DNA of 64,000 nucleotides from Vitrella brassicaformis CCMP3155 (lineage: Eukaryota; Protista; Chromerida), in NCBI GenBank assembly GCA_001179505.1, contig CDMY01000296.1, positions 1 to 64,000 of the forward strand, in the 5' to 3' direction. Position numbers and translations under genes: made by a program. Positions 63,194 through 64,000 of this stretch are shown here, in pieces; within the stretch, counting starts at the first letter, position 1; each line of letters starts with the position of its first letter. The notes below the pieces were generated by a model. That model did no database searches. It worked only from the letters and a program-made list of their open reading frames with translations, and was not told the DNA's origin.

Positions 63194-64000
63194 GTGAAGT
63201 GAATATATGAGGTCGGGAGGGTGACAGCGCGAGCACTATCACAATTAGCAGTCTGAGGGAGGGACTTTTATTGGTTTGTGCGTGTCGGTCGGGCACCGAA
63301 GTTCTGCGAGCGTCTTAGCAGCGTGGTTTATGCACTCGACGGACATCTTGCCCGCCCGTCGCATTCATTGATGCGACCGAGGGACGCATGGATGGATTGG
63401 ATGAATGAAATGGCAGACAGACAGAAAAACCTGAGTGAGTCAGTCAGTGTATTGGTTCGTCTTCCCGTCACCGCTTCCGTGAGTGAACCGATCGTTTGAT
63501 GTGATGTGTAGCTCTCATCCATCCATCCATCCATCCACAGCCGATCCAAAGTCACACAGGCGGAAATAAGACCCTCCCACTAAAGCAAGAGCACCAGCTG
63601 AGCTACCCAAGTCAACTAAGTGGGTCGGCCAGTCAGAGCACTCAGGCAGCCAGTCAGCTACACAGCGGCAAGACGGCAAGACGGCAAGCAAGACGGCATC
63701 AATCCCGTTTATCTGCCTAAGTCCACCCTATTCACAAATCACCCATTCTAAATCACCCATTGCTGCAAAGCTCTCTCTCTCTCTCTCTGTGCGTGTCTGT
63801 GTGTGTCTGTGTTTCATCTGCCCGTGTGTCCTCCCCTCCGTCCTTCCCTCTATCTCGGCGCCGTCTGTCTGTCTGTCTATGTAGGTAGGTATCTACTCCT
63901 TCCTGTACAGCAGCTTCCATCCATGCATCCATCCACCGCGATCATCTATAGGATGATGCAGCACTTGGGTTTGGCTGCATCGGGTGGCTGCTGCTGTGCC

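Noticed and set aside
1-64000. CRISPR array, Cas/TnpB/Fanzor, or prokaryote-type defence system
   Set aside because: No regularly spaced repeat-spacer structure and no RuvC/HNH/Cas motifs were seen. Repeats are simple microsatellites.

Overview
Eukaryotic, intron-rich, GC-rich nuclear DNA. Introns are short and packed with (GT/CA)n, (GGAT)n and (GACA)n microsatellites, and one gene encodes a complex-plastid (signal + ASAF transit + Tat) targeted protein. This style is most consistent with a chromerid alga such as Vitrella (inference). By splicing ORF fragments by eye I find about 19 multi-exon genes: UBL/RING-H2/VWA/U-box E3 ligase, EF-hand/4TM/FN3 protein, PDK/BCKDK kinase with a C-terminal ACT domain, an orphan gene, SerRS, LAMTOR4-like, NHL-BTB, INTS7-like, two convergent PHD paralogs, PsbQ-like, YciI, GH3 beta-xylosidase, Frizzled-CRD surface protein, VWA protein, F-box protein, a large coiled-coil protein, a Tweety/prominin-like 5TM protein and S-formylglutathione hydrolase. 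There is also a degenerate RLE-type non-LTR retrotransposon at the left edge, an intronic antisense tRNA-Ala(UGC), and two 300-N assembly gaps. The most notable observations are: 16 of 19 genes lie in 8 head-to-head pairs, 7 of whose spacers contain an (A/G)GCTCGC motif (exact AAGCTCGC in 5); the PDK-ACT fusion; the PHD paralog pair sharing an unnamed ELFRWT..MA.HAK motif; and a ~60-bp inverted repeat at 7.4-7.9 kb. No CRISPR array, rRNA or prokaryote-type system was seen. Gene coordinates are genomic spans including introns; exon models and family calls are manual and need HMM/RNA-seq confirmation.
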